Below, piece after piece: positions 8,154 to 18,223 of a DNA stretch of 64,000 bases. The stretch is taken from NCBI GenBank assembly GCA_017442155.1, contig JAFSAU010000043.1:3020-67019 (forward strand), given 5' to 3'. The notes under the pieces are model-generated. The model did not search any database. It saw only the letters and a list, made by a program, of their open reading frames with translations, and was not told the origin of the DNA. The DNA is from Clostridia bacterium. Lineage in GTDB: Bacteria; Bacillota; Clostridia; UMGS1883; UMGS1540. A program made the position numbers and the translations under genes. The first letter of the stretch is position 1. Each line of letters begins with the position of its first letter.

Positions 8154-9790
8154 ATGAAAAACAGACGAAGGATGCGGGAAGCTCTGATGGATGAGGCCGA
8201 ACGGGCACTGGCCGAGAAATACCGCCGGTACTATCTGGATGCGGTACAGGACAAGGAACGGCGCGGTCTGCCGGAGCGGTTTGCGCTATACGACGCATAC
8301 TGGGAGGGTGACGTCAACCTCCCTGCATCGGAAAATGACCCCGGGTCCTGTACAAACATCGTCCACGCCAACGTGGAGGGACAGGTATCGCTGCTGCTGG
8401 AGCAAAGCATCGGCATACTGCCGGTACCGGTCGGTCCGGAGGACGCCCCCTTCGCGCAGACGGTACAGCGGGTGCTGGAATTTATTAAAGATAAAAACCG
8501 GCTGACCCGCAAGCTGGACCTGCACGAACGCCGCCGGGAAAAATACGGCACGGGTATTTTCCGGGTTTCCTTTGACCCGGAAGCCCTGGGCGGTGCAGGG
8601 CTTCCGGTGATTGAAGCCTGCAACCCGCGGGATATTTACATTGACCCCGGTATTACCGACGTGTACCGCACGGAAGAAGCGGCCTTCATCATTGAAACGG
8701 TGTGCAAAACCGTCCACTGGGCCAGAGAGCAGTACGGCGAGACAATAGCGGACGCCATTGTTCCCGGGTACAAACCGCAGTATGCGGACCAGCCTGCCGG
8801 CGACGATACCTATCTTCATATGCTGGTGTGGACGAAAGAGGGCGGCAAGCTTCGCATGTGGAAATGACCGGCTGCGGGCTGATTCTTTCTGACAGCTTCC
8901 GCACCGGAGAGAACAGCTTTTATCCCGGCGGACGGTATCCCTACTTTTTCACGCCGCTGTACTACCGGGAAGGCTCCATATGGGGCAAGGGCGACGTGGA
9001 ATTGCTGATTCCCGTCCAGGACCTGATTAACGACCTGGATGACCAGATTCGCATTAACGCCCGTCTGACGGGGAATCCACAGCGGCTGATTGAAACGGGA
9101 AGCGGCATTGATCTGGATGCCCTGACGAATGAGGCAGGGCTGAACATCCCTACAACCAGCGTTTCGGCAGTGAAAAACCTGGAAGCACCGCCCCTGCCGT
9201 CCTACATTCTGCAGCGGAGGGATACGGCACTCCGGTATGAAAGCCAGCGCATTACCCGGTTTTCTGACCAGATGACCGGAGCAAAGCAGGCAGGCGTGAA
9301 CACGGCGGCGGAAGCCACCGTTCTCCAGCAAGGCGGGCAGATGTCCATTCAGCATAAAAAACTGCTTCTGCAGGAAACGCTTTCGGAGGTGTTCGCCTAC
9401 TGTCTGGAAATGGTACGGACCTACTGGACCGAAGAAGTGGCCGTTCGTCTGACGGACAAGCCGGATGCTTTTATATTCTTTCGGGGCAGTGACCTCCGGA
9501 ATATTCCGGGGCGTGACGGCAAGCCAAAGGATGCGGCATTTGACCTGGTGGTTACTGTGGGGGCAGGCCTTCCCACAAACAAAACGGCGGCATATCAGAT
9601 GATGAGTGACCTCCACAGCCGCGGCCTTGTAACGGCCGGGGAAGTGCGCTCTTTCCTCACCGATTATATGGGCTTTCCCCTTTTGGGCAGTGTAAAAGCC
9701 GCTCCGCAGGAAAGCACAGAACCGGGTGCCGTAGAAAATGCCGGCACCGAAGGGCTGACCGCCGACGGCAATGTGAAAAACGCCGCCTGA
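8154..9790 (+). pseudogene. Phage portal protein interrupted by a -1 frameshift near 8862-8866
   Basis: The upstream part (8154-8867, ...HWAREQYGETIADAIVPGYKPQYADQPAGDDTYLHMLVWTKEGGKLRMWK*) and the downstream part in the -1 frame (...MTGCGLILSDSFRTGENSFYPGGRYPYFFTPLYYREGSIWGKGDVELLIPVQDLINDLDDQIRINARLTGNPQ...) together give a roughly 545-aa portal-like protein. An AGGAAAGGAG RBS precedes the ATG at 8154. The two frames join at tggAAAtga. Confidence 0.65.
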
Positions 9791-9803
9791 GAAAGGAGAA
9801 ATC

Positions 9804-10037
9804 ATGCAGATTTATTTACCGCAGGCTGTAGCCAGACGAATGCGGAAGCACGCATATCTCCAAAGCATCGACATTGAAAAGCTGAAGGATAACCCGGTTT
9901 GTCCCCGCTGTGAACGGGCGGCACTGCGGGACCGTGGCTGGGCCGAAGAGAAAATCGGCCACTGTCCCTATTGCGGCCACAGAGGCCCCATGCCGGTGAC
10001 GGTGGGAGAGTATGCGGCAAAGGAATTGTATAAGTAA
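9804..10037 (+). CDS. Small zinc-ribbon protein (phage-associated)
   Basis: 77 aa carrying CPRC...CPYC motifs. It lies between the portal and scaffold genes. Confidence 0.4.
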   Translation: MQIYLPQAVARRMRKHAYLQSIDIEKLKDNPVCPRCERAALRDRGWAEEKIGHCPYCGHRGPMPVTVGEYAAKELYK

Positions 10038-10052
10038 AAAAGGAGGAAAAAC

Positions 10053-10754
10053 ATGGCAAAGAACAAGAAACGTCCCGTGCCCGGAGACGAAAAAAAGCGG
10101 GCAGAAATGACACCGGCGTCTAAATGGACGCAAAACGAAGCACTGGAGGACCTGTTTTCCGGTGAAGAACAGCCGGAAACCACAGAAGCAGCGGTTTCCG
10201 AAGAAAAAGACATGGAGAAGGAAGCCATGTGCGCACTTTTGCGCCGCCTGATGGACGACATGGGCGCGGGAAGTCTGACGGCTCTCGCCGACATGATTGA
10301 CAAGGCAGAGATGCAAAAACTGGTACGGACCTACGGCTTTGACGAGACCAGTGCAAAAATGTTCCTCTCCCAGCAGGAAAAGGTGCGTGCACTGCGGGAA
10401 GCTGAAGCAAAGGCGGCCAGAGAGGCGGCTTATGCCGAAATGAAGGCAGACCCGCTTTATGACGACGTGGAGGGGCGCAAGTCCGCCATCGAAGCCTTTA
10501 TCTTCCGCACCGGCACCAGCCCCAGAGAGGCCTATAACGCCCTCTTTGCCGAAGAACGGTACCGCAGACTCCGGGAGAAGCTGGAGGCAGAAAAAAGTGC
10601 GGCAGAAAAGAAGTCGAAGCACATCCCGGCCCTTGCCGGCGGCGATGCAGGTGACAAAGCCGGACACTTCCAGCTTTCCGACGCTGAAAAATGGGCGGCG
10701 GCCCGTGCCGGGATGACACCGGCGGAATACGCAAAGTATAAATTTTCATATTAA
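10053..10754 (+). CDS. Phage scaffolding protein
   Basis: 233 aa, highly charged and helical (EAEAKAAREAAYAEMKADPLYDDVEGRKSAIEAF...). It sits immediately upstream of the capsid gene with an AAAGGAGG RBS. Confidence 0.55.
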   Translation: MAKNKKRPVPGDEKKRAEMTPASKWTQNEALEDLFSGEEQPETTEAAVSEEKDMEKEAMCALLRRLMDDMGAGSLTALADMIDKAEMQKLVRTYGFDETSAKMFLSQQEKVRALREAEAKAAREAAYAEMKADPLYDDVEGRKSAIEAFIFRTGTSPREAYNALFAEERYRRLREKLEAEKSAAEKKSKHIPALAGGDAGDKAGHFQLSDAEKWAAARAGMTPAEYAKYKFSY

Positions 10755-10772
10755 AAGAAAGGATGATTCACT

Positions 10773-11693
10773 ATGGCAACAAAACTGGAACGAAATAATT
10801 TTGCGGCGCTTCTGACGCCGGTACACAGAAAGGTGTTTTTTGACAGCTACAATAAGAAAAAGAAGCAGTATACGGACATCTTCAAAGTAGACGATATGCA
10901 CGCAAAGGAGGAAACCTTCCCCCATCTCGGCGCATTCGGCAAGTGGGAGGAAAACACCGAGGGCAACAACTTTAATCAGGCAGACCTTTTGCAGGGAGAG
11001 GTGGCAACCTTCACCGCCCGCCGCTTCGACAAGGCGTATGAGGTGACCTGGGAGCTGGTGCAGGATGACCTGTACAACGTAATGCGCGGTCACGGCCGGG
11101 GCGGCAGTGCCTCCAAGCTGGGCGGCGGTCTCCAGGCAACGGAGGAATCGCAGGCGGCAGATGTGGTACTGAAGGGCTTTACTGAAAACGGCTACGACGG
11201 CGTACCGCTGTTTTCGGCAAATCATCCCCTGGTAAACAGCACGGAAACCTGCTCTAACCTGGTCTCCGGTGCCCTTTCGGACGAAACGCTCAAGGAAGCT
11301 CTGACCATGATGCGCCTCCAGAAGGACGAGGCGGGCGTACTGGTGGCGGCCCATGCTGACAGGCTGATTGTACACCCCGACTGGGAGTTTACGGCCCGCG
11401 CTCTTATCGGCTCCACACTGCAGGCCGGTACAAACAACAACGACAAAAATACCGTGCCGCACCTCGACATCACCGTCTGGGATTATCTTTACGACAGCGA
11501 AAGCACCGCAAAGCCCTGGTTTGTACAGGACGGCAGCATGGACAACCTTATGTTCCTGTGGCGCGAAAAGCCTGTCTTTGACAGTGAGAAGATTGATAAC
11601 AAGATGGACTACCGTTTCTACGGCTACTGCCGTTTTGACACCGGGTATGTGGATTGGCGCGGCCTGGTCGGTTCTAACGGCATTGCGGCTTAA
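10773..11693 (+). CDS. Phage major capsid protein
   Basis: 306 aa in the canonical post-scaffold position. Composition and size are consistent with an HK97-fold coat protein lacking a delta domain. Confidence 0.65.
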   Translation: MATKLERNNFAALLTPVHRKVFFDSYNKKKKQYTDIFKVDDMHAKEETFPHLGAFGKWEENTEGNNFNQADLLQGEVATFTARRFDKAYEVTWELVQDDLYNVMRGHGRGGSASKLGGGLQATEESQAADVVLKGFTENGYDGVPLFSANHPLVNSTETCSNLVSGALSDETLKEALTMMRLQKDEAGVLVAAHADRLIVHPDWEFTARALIGSTLQAGTNNNDKNTVPHLDITVWDYLYDSESTAKPWFVQDGSMDNLMFLWREKPVFDSEKIDNKMDYRFYGYCRFDTGYVDWRGLVGSNGIAA

Positions 11694-11716
11694 AAAAACA
11701 GAAAGGAAGTGGATTT

Positions 11717-13465
11717 ATGCGTGTATCAGAAGCATTAACGGAGGGTGTAGAGCAGTTTTTGGAACTGGCACCCTCCACAGAAAACCACATGGCAAACAGA
11801 CAAAATCCCCATGCGGTAACTAAAACGCAGGTCGGTCTCGGCAACGTGACAAACGACCTGCAGGCCACAGACGCTGACTTCCGCTCCCACAAGGCTCAGG
11901 CCGAGCTGGACCATCCGAACGGAAGTGTAACAGCAGAGAAGCTGGCGGACAGTTCTGTGAAAACCGAAAAGCTTGCAGACGGTGCCGTAACCACAGAAAA
12001 AATGGCAGAAGGCTCCGTAACAACCTCCAAGCTGGCAGACAGTGCCATAACTGCCGGTAAGCTGGCCTCCAGCTCCGTAACGACAGAAAAAATCGCCCAG
12101 GGTGCCGTGAATAGCGGTGCCCTGGCCGAAGGGGCTGTTTCCGAAAGCAAACTGGCGTCCGGTGTGCGAAATATCCTCGCCAGAAAGGTGGAAAAGGAAG
12201 CGGGAAAAGGGCTTTCCCAAAACGACTTTACCGATGCGGAGAAGGCGAAGCTGAATGCCATTACCGTGGTGGATGAAACCTCTCTCCAGGTAGACACCTC
12301 CTCTCTTGTCCTGAAAACCAGTCCCCTTACTCTCTGTCAGAAGAAAATGACCTATGTAAACCGGGGCGAAACCATTCTTGCGAAAAACGCGACAGAGATT
12401 CATTCGGCGTACGGCGACCAGGCCCGCGGTCTTATGTTTGTGGAATATACGAACACGAGCGGCAAGCGCGCGGTTTGTTATCACTCCATCAATGCCTTGA
12501 ACGGGGCAGTCACTATCGCAAATTATGTGGGTACGGAAAACAGCTGCTGTTATTTCTACAGGCCGCCTTATGTGTACTTCGCGGAGCTGACAGACCCCAC
12601 GACACTGGCCATCCACAGGTCCGACTTCTCGGGTGCACTCGTCCAAAACCATATGACGCTGACGCTGTCCACCGAGGCCGCAGGCGGTGTCCGAAGTATT
12701 TTTATGGATACAAAAGGTCTCTTTGTCCTGTACTATGCAAACCGTAAAACAACGTATACAACCATGTATGTAGAACGGTTTAATACCAATTCCGAAAGTC
12801 AGTGGGTATACCGTTTTGCCATGCACGGGGAAACCAGCACGTACTGCACACAATCACACAATGACACACCCTATGATTTTCGCTTTCGCAACGCCGTGCT
12901 GGGCGAGGACGGACAGCTATATCTGGCCCCGGTGCTTTGTACCGGCCACGGTCTGGGTGTGTCCGGCACGCTTTATACGCTGCCGTACAACATTGTCCGT
13001 TTAAATACCAGCGGAGAAATAACCGGAAAATACGGAAAAATGTCCTCCAACAGCGATATTTACATTCATCAGGACCTGGAAATCCGCGGAAACTTCATTT
13101 ATGCTTTTTCCCGTCCCGGCTTCTGGCGGTACGCGCTGGACGGGGACGAAACGGGAATACGCGTCTGGTATTGTAACGATTCCACCTACCGGCTTCGCGG
13201 CCTTTCCGTGGACTATGACAACCGGCTGCACGCAATGATGCAGACCTCTTCCAATACACAGAGGCTGATTATGGTCCGCGCAAATGGTGACCGGACATTG
13301 GATGCAGGCCAAGGCACGGCTCTTCTTATCAATGAGGAGCTTCCGGACAACCATTCCATCGCCCGGTATTCAAAGCACGGCATGGAGGTACTCCGGATTC
13401 CGGAGGGAACGACGAATCTCGTCCGGCGTCTGTATGTGCCGTCGGGTGTGTATGAGATAGTATAG
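11717..13465 (+). CDS. Phage fiber-like protein with tandem phage-tail-fibre repeats
   Basis: Residues about 60-150 carry roughly 11-aa tandem repeats [62 protein letters not shown], resembling the Phage_fiber_2 repeat, followed by a beta-rich C-terminal domain. Confidence 0.5.
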   Translation: MRVSEALTEGVEQFLELAPSTENHMANRQNPHAVTKTQVGLGNVTNDLQATDADFRSHKAQAELDHPNGSVTAEKLADSSVKTEKLADGAVTTEKMAEGSVTTSKLADSAITAGKLASSSVTTEKIAQGAVNSGALAEGAVSESKLASGVRNILARKVEKEAGKGLSQNDFTDAEKAKLNAITVVDETSLQVDTSSLVLKTSPLTLCQKKMTYVNRGETILAKNATEIHSAYGDQARGLMFVEYTNTSGKRAVCYHSINALNGAVTIANYVGTENSCCYFYRPPYVYFAELTDPTTLAIHRSDFSGALVQNHMTLTLSTEAAGGVRSIFMDTKGLFVLYYANRKTTYTTMYVERFNTNSESQWVYRFAMHGETSTYCTQSHNDTPYDFRFRNAVLGEDGQLYLAPVLCTGHGLGVSGTLYTLPYNIVRLNTSGEITGKYGKMSSNSDIYIHQDLEIRGNFIYAFSRPGFWRYALDGDETGIRVWYCNDSTYRLRGLSVDYDNRLHAMMQTSSNTQRLIMVRANGDRTLDAGQGTALLINEELPDNHSIARYSKHGMEVLRIPEGTTNLVRRLYVPSGVYEIV

Positions 13466-13467
13466 AG

Positions 13468-13749
13468 ATGCAGCAGATAGGATGGATCGTTCAAATCGGT
13501 GCGGCTCTGGGAGCACTGGCCGTAATCTGGAGGGCGTTTGCCGCTGTCATAAAACTGCCGAAATATTTGCAGGATTTGCACAGGCACACCTTTGAAAATT
13601 ACATGGCCATCCTACGCCTCACGGTCATGGATCCGCACATGCCTCTGGGCGAGCGGATTCTGGCCGGGCAGAGGTACGTAGAGGCAGGTGGAAACGGAGA
13701 AATCAAAAAGTTTGCAGTGGAGGAGCTGCACATAAACGATAAGGAATAG
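13468..13749 (+). CDS. Small single-TM protein, possibly holin-like (BhlA/UviB-like architecture)
   Basis: 93 aa with an N-terminal hydrophobic helix (WIVQIGAALGALAVIW) and a charged C-terminus. It sits adjacent to the holin/amidase genes. Confidence 0.3.
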   Translation: MQQIGWIVQIGAALGALAVIWRAFAAVIKLPKYLQDLHRHTFENYMAILRLTVMDPHMPLGERILAGQRYVEAGGNGEIKKFAVEELHINDKE

Positions 13750-13868
13750 GAAAGGAAACGGGCGGCAGGTTGCCGCCCCTACGGGGAAAAGGCGTGCAAG
13801 GATGTAGGGGCGGATAGCATCCGCCCGAAAAAGAAATGTCGGTACGGGGATGCGAAAGGAGCAGGAAT

Positions 13869-14048
13869 ATGCAAAACAGATTTAAAAGCCGGGTGTTGTG
13901 GATGGCAGTGGCGGCACTTATAGCGTTCGTTACCAAGGAATGGCTCGGATGGGAAATTCCGAGATTTGACGAATTTGTGGAGCTCGTCATGGCGGTACTG
14001 GTCGGATTCGGGGTTATCAATAACCCTACCGACAAGTACAATTTTTGA
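13869..14048 (+). CDS. Phage holin
   Basis: 59 aa from the ATG at 13869 behind an AAAGGAG RBS. It has two TM helices (VLWMAVAALIAFV; FVELVMAVLVGFGVI) and lies directly upstream of the amidase. Confidence 0.5.
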   Translation: MQNRFKSRVLWMAVAALIAFVTKEWLGWEIPRFDEFVELVMAVLVGFGVINNPTDKYNF

Positions 14049-14074
14049 AATAAGAAATGGACGGAGGACCGAAA

Positions 14075-14692
14075 ATGCTGCAAATTGCTTACAACAGAAC
14101 GGCGCGGACGGAGAAGCCGCGGTACATTGTAATTCACACCACGGGCAACACCCGGCGCGGTGCGGATGCGAGGGCGCACTTTGACTACTGGAACAGTAAA
14201 AACGTAGGACAAAGCGCAGACTTTGTGGTGGACGACAACGGCGTTTTACAGATTAACGACTACAAAAAATATTATACCTGGCACTGCGGAGACGGCAAAG
14301 GAAAATACGGCATTACGAACGCCAACTCTATCGGCGTGGAAATCTGCGTGAATTCCGACGGCGATTTTGAAAAGGCTTTAGACCACGTTGTGCCGTTCAT
14401 CCGCCAGTTGATGGCAGATACGGGTATTATGCAGGTTGTACGGCACTATGATGCTTCGCGAAAGCTTTGCCCGGCAGCCCTGGCAGAAAACAACTGGGAA
14501 AAATGGAAAAAACTAAAAAGGAGGATTGCAGAGGTGGAAGAACTGACAAGTGTAAACGATATTGTCTGGGAGCTTGCGGACAGAGGCATCATTTCTGATG
14601 TGGCTCTCTGGCTGCAGGAACTGGAAAATGACGAAAATATCTACTGGCTGGCGCGAAAATGCGTCCGCTACCTCAGGGGGCGGGGCGTATGA
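14075..14692 (+). CDS. N-acetylmuramoyl-L-alanine amidase (Amidase_2/PGRP-type endolysin)
   Basis: PRYIVIHTTGN...HFDYW...YTWHCGDG...IGVEICVN...YDASRKLCP are hallmark Amidase_2 motifs. A GGACGGAGGA RBS precedes the ATG at 14075. Confidence 0.8.
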   Translation: MLQIAYNRTARTEKPRYIVIHTTGNTRRGADARAHFDYWNSKNVGQSADFVVDDNGVLQINDYKKYYTWHCGDGKGKYGITNANSIGVEICVNSDGDFEKALDHVVPFIRQLMADTGIMQVVRHYDASRKLCPAALAENNWEKWKKLKRRIAEVEELTSVNDIVWELADRGIISDVALWLQELENDENIYWLARKCVRYLRGRGV

Positions 14693-15291
14693 CGCTGGGC
14701 AGAATTCTGGAGGATGTAAAGACCCGTATGCCGAATGCCTTTGAGGAGGACACGCTGGTTCTCTGGCTGGACACGGCACTCCGGGACATTTACAAGGTGC
14801 TGGCTCTCCGGGAGGGCTTTTCCTTCACAGCCATGGGAGACCAGACGGTTTATCCCCTTCCGGGAGACATCCGCTGTGACGGCATCTGTGCTGTGGTCGT
14901 CGGCGGAAAAGAGCTGACCGCAAGGCGTATCGGCGATACCGTGCTTCCCGGCAGCTGGTTTAAGGCGGCAGAAGGCTTTATCGGCCTCTACCCCGCCCCG
15001 AAATGGGGCGAAACGGTGACAGTGTGGTACTTCGCCCGGCCGGACAGACTTCTTACGACCGCGGAAGCGGCGGCGGCCGGCATCGACTTTTCCACGCAGA
15101 AAATCGCCCTGGACCCGGACTATGCAGAAATGCTGAAGCTGGCCCTTTGCATCACAATCGCGGAAGCGCGGGAGGATGTGGAGCTGGCCAACAACTACAA
15201 GGTCAGCTACAATCTGCTGCTGGCCCGGGCACGGCAGGAGCGGTATGAAAAGGATGGAAAATACCCGGTGACACGGGCGGTGACCCGATAA
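14689..15291 (+). CDS. Phage head-tail connector/adaptor protein (gp6-like)
   Basis: 200 aa with an ATGA start-stop overlap onto the amidase. The pattern LWLDTALRDIYKVLALRE...YAEMLKLALCITIAEAREDVELANNYKVSY resembles head-tail connector family proteins. Confidence 0.4.
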   Translation: MTLGRILEDVKTRMPNAFEEDTLVLWLDTALRDIYKVLALREGFSFTAMGDQTVYPLPGDIRCDGICAVVVGGKELTARRIGDTVLPGSWFKAAEGFIGLYPAPKWGETVTVWYFARPDRLLTTAEAAAAGIDFSTQKIALDPDYAEMLKLALCITIAEAREDVELANNYKVSYNLLLARARQERYEKDGKYPVTRAVTR

Positions 15292-15341
15292 AACGGGCCA
15301 CCCCCTGCATTTCGGGTCCATGTTTGAAAAAGGAGACTAAG

Positions 15342-16724
15342 ATGAGAAAAAGCATATGGAGAGATGTGTCCGCAAAAAAGCGGTACATCGAAACAAAAAC
15401 CGGCGGCGGGCTTCATACCGGTCTGCCGCCGGCCGAAATCCCGGAGGGCATGGCGATGGAAATGGAAAACCTCCACTCCCGCGCCTATCCGCATCTTTCG
15501 CCCCGTCCTCCCAGGGATACTGCGGCCATTCCGGCATTACCCGGCGGTGAGGTGCGCTACTTCGGTGTGATTTTCGGCACAACGCTGGCCGCAGTGGTAG
15601 GGAAACATCTGTACACCCTGTCGAAGGGCAATTGGACAGATGCCGGGGCCCTTTTTACCGCATCCTCGGGGCGGGTATACGCAGCGGATTTTATGGACTG
15701 GGCCGTATTTGCCGACGGTGCGGAATGTAAAAAGTACAACGGCACAAGCATTAAACCCGTGGGCACCTCCGGCGGGCCGGAAAACGCCAAGTTTCTGGCA
15801 AACCACGCCTGGCATCTGTTTTGTGCCTCGGACAAAGACAAATATCTGCGGTACTGTGCAGTGGAGAAGGTTGACGACTGGTCTGCCCCGGGCGACGCGG
15901 GACAGGAGCTGGTGGAAACCACGCGGGAAGCCTATGCCGGGGGACTGACGGCCTTTGACGGAAATATTCTGTACTTTAAGGAAAACGCCATGTTTGAGCT
16001 GTATGGCACAGACCCGGTGAACTTCTCGCTTCTCTGCATGAGCCGTGACATCGGATGTATTTCGCAGGCAAGCCTTACAGAGGTCCGGGGGTATCTGTAT
16101 TTTGTGGGCCGGGACGGCGTATACCGTTACGGCGGTGGGATAATTCCAAGAAGTATCAGCTATCCGATTCAGAAGTATATTGACGGGCTGGACAGGGACA
16201 AGGCTGAAAAAATTGCGGCGGGGTCGGACGGTGAGCGGTATTATCTGGCTCTGCCCCAGACAGACGGCAGCACCCGGATTTGCGTGTACGACACAAGACT
16301 TGGCGAATGGTTTACAGAAGATACTACCCCCTTCTTTGCCTTTGCTTTCTTTGAAGGACAGCTGTATGCCGTGGATACAGGCGGTACGGTTTATGTCTTC
16401 GGCAGCGGAAATGAGCAGGTATCCTGGTGCCGGATTTCCAGACCCTATACCTTTGAAAATTCTCTCCGGCAGAACTGGCACCGCGTTTTCGTGTCCGCCG
16501 AAGTGGAAGAAGGGGCACAGTTTACCGTTGCACTCAGTCCCTGGAAAAGCGGCGAGGGCTTCCGGACAGTGGCAACCGTGACAGAAAGCGGCACAGCGGC
16601 AATTTCTGTTCCGCCACAGCTGCAGGATGCTCCGCAGATGCGGATAAAGCTGGAGGGTACAGGCAATGTGACCATTTCCGCTCTTGAATTTGAACTCAGA
16701 GCAAGAAAACGCAGTTATTTATAA
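15342..16724 (+). CDS. Phage structural protein, beta-propeller-like, function unassigned
   Basis: 460 aa with an AAAGGAG RBS. Repeated beta-propeller-blade-like motifs (YLYFVGRDGVYRYGG, LYAVDTGGTVYVFGSG) are present. Confidence 0.35.
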   Translation: MRKSIWRDVSAKKRYIETKTGGGLHTGLPPAEIPEGMAMEMENLHSRAYPHLSPRPPRDTAAIPALPGGEVRYFGVIFGTTLAAVVGKHLYTLSKGNWTDAGALFTASSGRVYAADFMDWAVFADGAECKKYNGTSIKPVGTSGGPENAKFLANHAWHLFCASDKDKYLRYCAVEKVDDWSAPGDAGQELVETTREAYAGGLTAFDGNILYFKENAMFELYGTDPVNFSLLCMSRDIGCISQASLTEVRGYLYFVGRDGVYRYGGGIIPRSISYPIQKYIDGLDRDKAEKIAAGSDGERYYLALPQTDGSTRICVYDTRLGEWFTEDTTPFFAFAFFEGQLYAVDTGGTVYVFGSGNEQVSWCRISRPYTFENSLRQNWHRVFVSAEVEEGAQFTVALSPWKSGEGFRTVATVTESGTAAISVPPQLQDAPQMRIKLEGTGNVTISALEFELRARKRSYL

Positions 16725-16754
16725 AATGTGCAGCAGCACAGAAAGGAGAAACCT

Positions 16755-17894
16755 ATGGAATATAACGTTGAAAACTGGCTGAAGGAGCGGGGCTACGGTA
16801 CAAGCCAAGACGGCGGGACCCTCTCCGTAACCGACAAAGCCGGAAAAACCTATGCTTTAGACACCTCCGGCTTTACCGCCGAAAACGGGACCTACAAAGC
16901 AGGGTCAGATTCGATTCGTGCCGTTCTTGCGGCTTCCGGTGCCGGGGGGCCGGCCGGGTACACACCGCTCCGGAATACACTGGCGGCAAAGGGTGCCACG
17001 GTGGGCTACGATTCTGCCGCGGACGCACCGATTGTAAACGGACAGATGCTCAACAAAAACGATAAACGTCTTGTGAAGGTGGGGGATGATTACTGGATAG
17101 ACGAAGGGTACGCAGAAAGCTTTATTCCGAAGCAGTATGAAAACCCATACCGGGACAAGATCTCGTCGCTTTTATCAGAGCTTACGGAAATGCAGTTTTC
17201 CTATGACCCGCAGAAGGATGCTTCCCTCAAAGCGGCCCAGGACCAGGCCATGCTGGCGGCAAAGCAGTCGGCAAATGCACGGGGACTACTGGGCGGATCC
17301 ACGGCGGAAATTATGCGGCAGCGTGCGGCCCAGGACCTGGTGCCGGAATACGAGCAGATGGCCTATTCCCGGTATCTGGCGGAGCGGAATGCAAAGCTTG
17401 ACACGCTTTCCCTGCTGGGAACACTGGCCGACAATGCTTTTTCGGAGTATAAAGGCATGGAGGACCTGCAGCTTGACCGGAAGAAATACGCGCAGGAGGT
17501 GCAGAATTCGGCGGATAACCGGGCTGCCCAAAAACGCGAGGAAGCACTGAAGCAGAAGGAGCTGGAGCAGGATGCGACGCTGACCCGTGAAAAACTGGCG
17601 CAGGAGAATGCATCTGCAAGCTTTTCCAACCAGCTGGACAAGGTGCTGGCACTGGGCGTTGTGGATGAGGAAGCGGCGGCCGTTTTAGGTCTCAATGTGG
17701 GAACGCTTACGGCTGACCAGCTGCAATTTATTGCAAAGCTAAACGCGGCAGTCGAAAGCGAACGGAACGCCGCCGCCCGAGCCGAGCAGGAGCGTACCGA
17801 TGCCCTTGCAAAAGAGGATCGGGATTGGGAAAGAGAAAAAGAGCTTTTAAATCTGCAAACGGATGCTAAAATCCGTGTTGCAAACGCCAAATAA
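16755..17894 (+). CDS. Phage structural protein with a C-terminal coiled coil, function unassigned
   Basis: 379 aa with an AAAGGAG RBS. The C-terminal 150 aa are a heptad-rich coiled coil (AQKREEALKQKELEQDATLTREKLAQENAS...). It is the last gene of the cluster before a terminator. Confidence 0.35.
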   Translation: MEYNVENWLKERGYGTSQDGGTLSVTDKAGKTYALDTSGFTAENGTYKAGSDSIRAVLAASGAGGPAGYTPLRNTLAAKGATVGYDSAADAPIVNGQMLNKNDKRLVKVGDDYWIDEGYAESFIPKQYENPYRDKISSLLSELTEMQFSYDPQKDASLKAAQDQAMLAAKQSANARGLLGGSTAEIMRQRAAQDLVPEYEQMAYSRYLAERNAKLDTLSLLGTLADNAFSEYKGMEDLQLDRKKYAQEVQNSADNRAAQKREEALKQKELEQDATLTREKLAQENASASFSNQLDKVLALGVVDEEAAAVLGLNVGTLTADQLQFIAKLNAAVESERNAAARAEQERTDALAKEDRDWEREKELLNLQTDAKIRVANAK

Positions 17895-17916
17895 TTTGTG
17901 TAAAAGTGAATAGAAG

Positions 17917-17977
17917 CCATCCTTTCAGGCAAGTATTGGATATATGAACCAAGAAATCTTGAAAGGATGGTTTTTTT
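17917..17977 (+). terminator. Rho-independent terminator ending the phage-like operon
   Basis: Stem CCATCCTTTCA...TGAAAGGATGG (11 bp, long loop) is followed by TTTTTTT. Confidence 0.5.
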
Positions 17978-18170
17978 GCAATCTCATTAACAACCAATCC
18001 GCACTATCATTACTCCTTATACCCTCATACTGATACTCATCGTGCCGACGCCCTCAATCATATACGTATCCACAGCAACATGCTTGTCTCTATAGTCAAC
18101 CACCTCGCGAGAATGAAGGGCGAGGCTTTTTATATAACCTGTCTCTACACCATGTGCCGCAAAAAGGCAC

Positions 18171-18197
18171 AAAAAAACGGCCCCCGGAATGGGGGCC
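18171..18197 (-). terminator. Rho-independent terminator of the S-layer gene
   Basis: Palindrome GGCCCCC-ggaat-GGGGGCC is preceded on the plus strand by AAAAAAAC, which gives a U-run on the minus-strand transcript. It lies 27 bp downstream of the minus-strand CDS stop. Confidence 0.65.
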
Positions 18198-18223
18198 GAA
18201 TTTTTACTGTTTTGATTCTATGA

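Noticed and set aside
8855-8870. A programmed -1 ribosomal frameshift in the portal gene
   Set aside because: The junction tggAAAtga lacks a canonical X_XXY_YYZ slippery heptamer and a downstream stimulatory structure, and portals are not known to use programmed frameshifting. A pseudogene or sequencing error is more likely.
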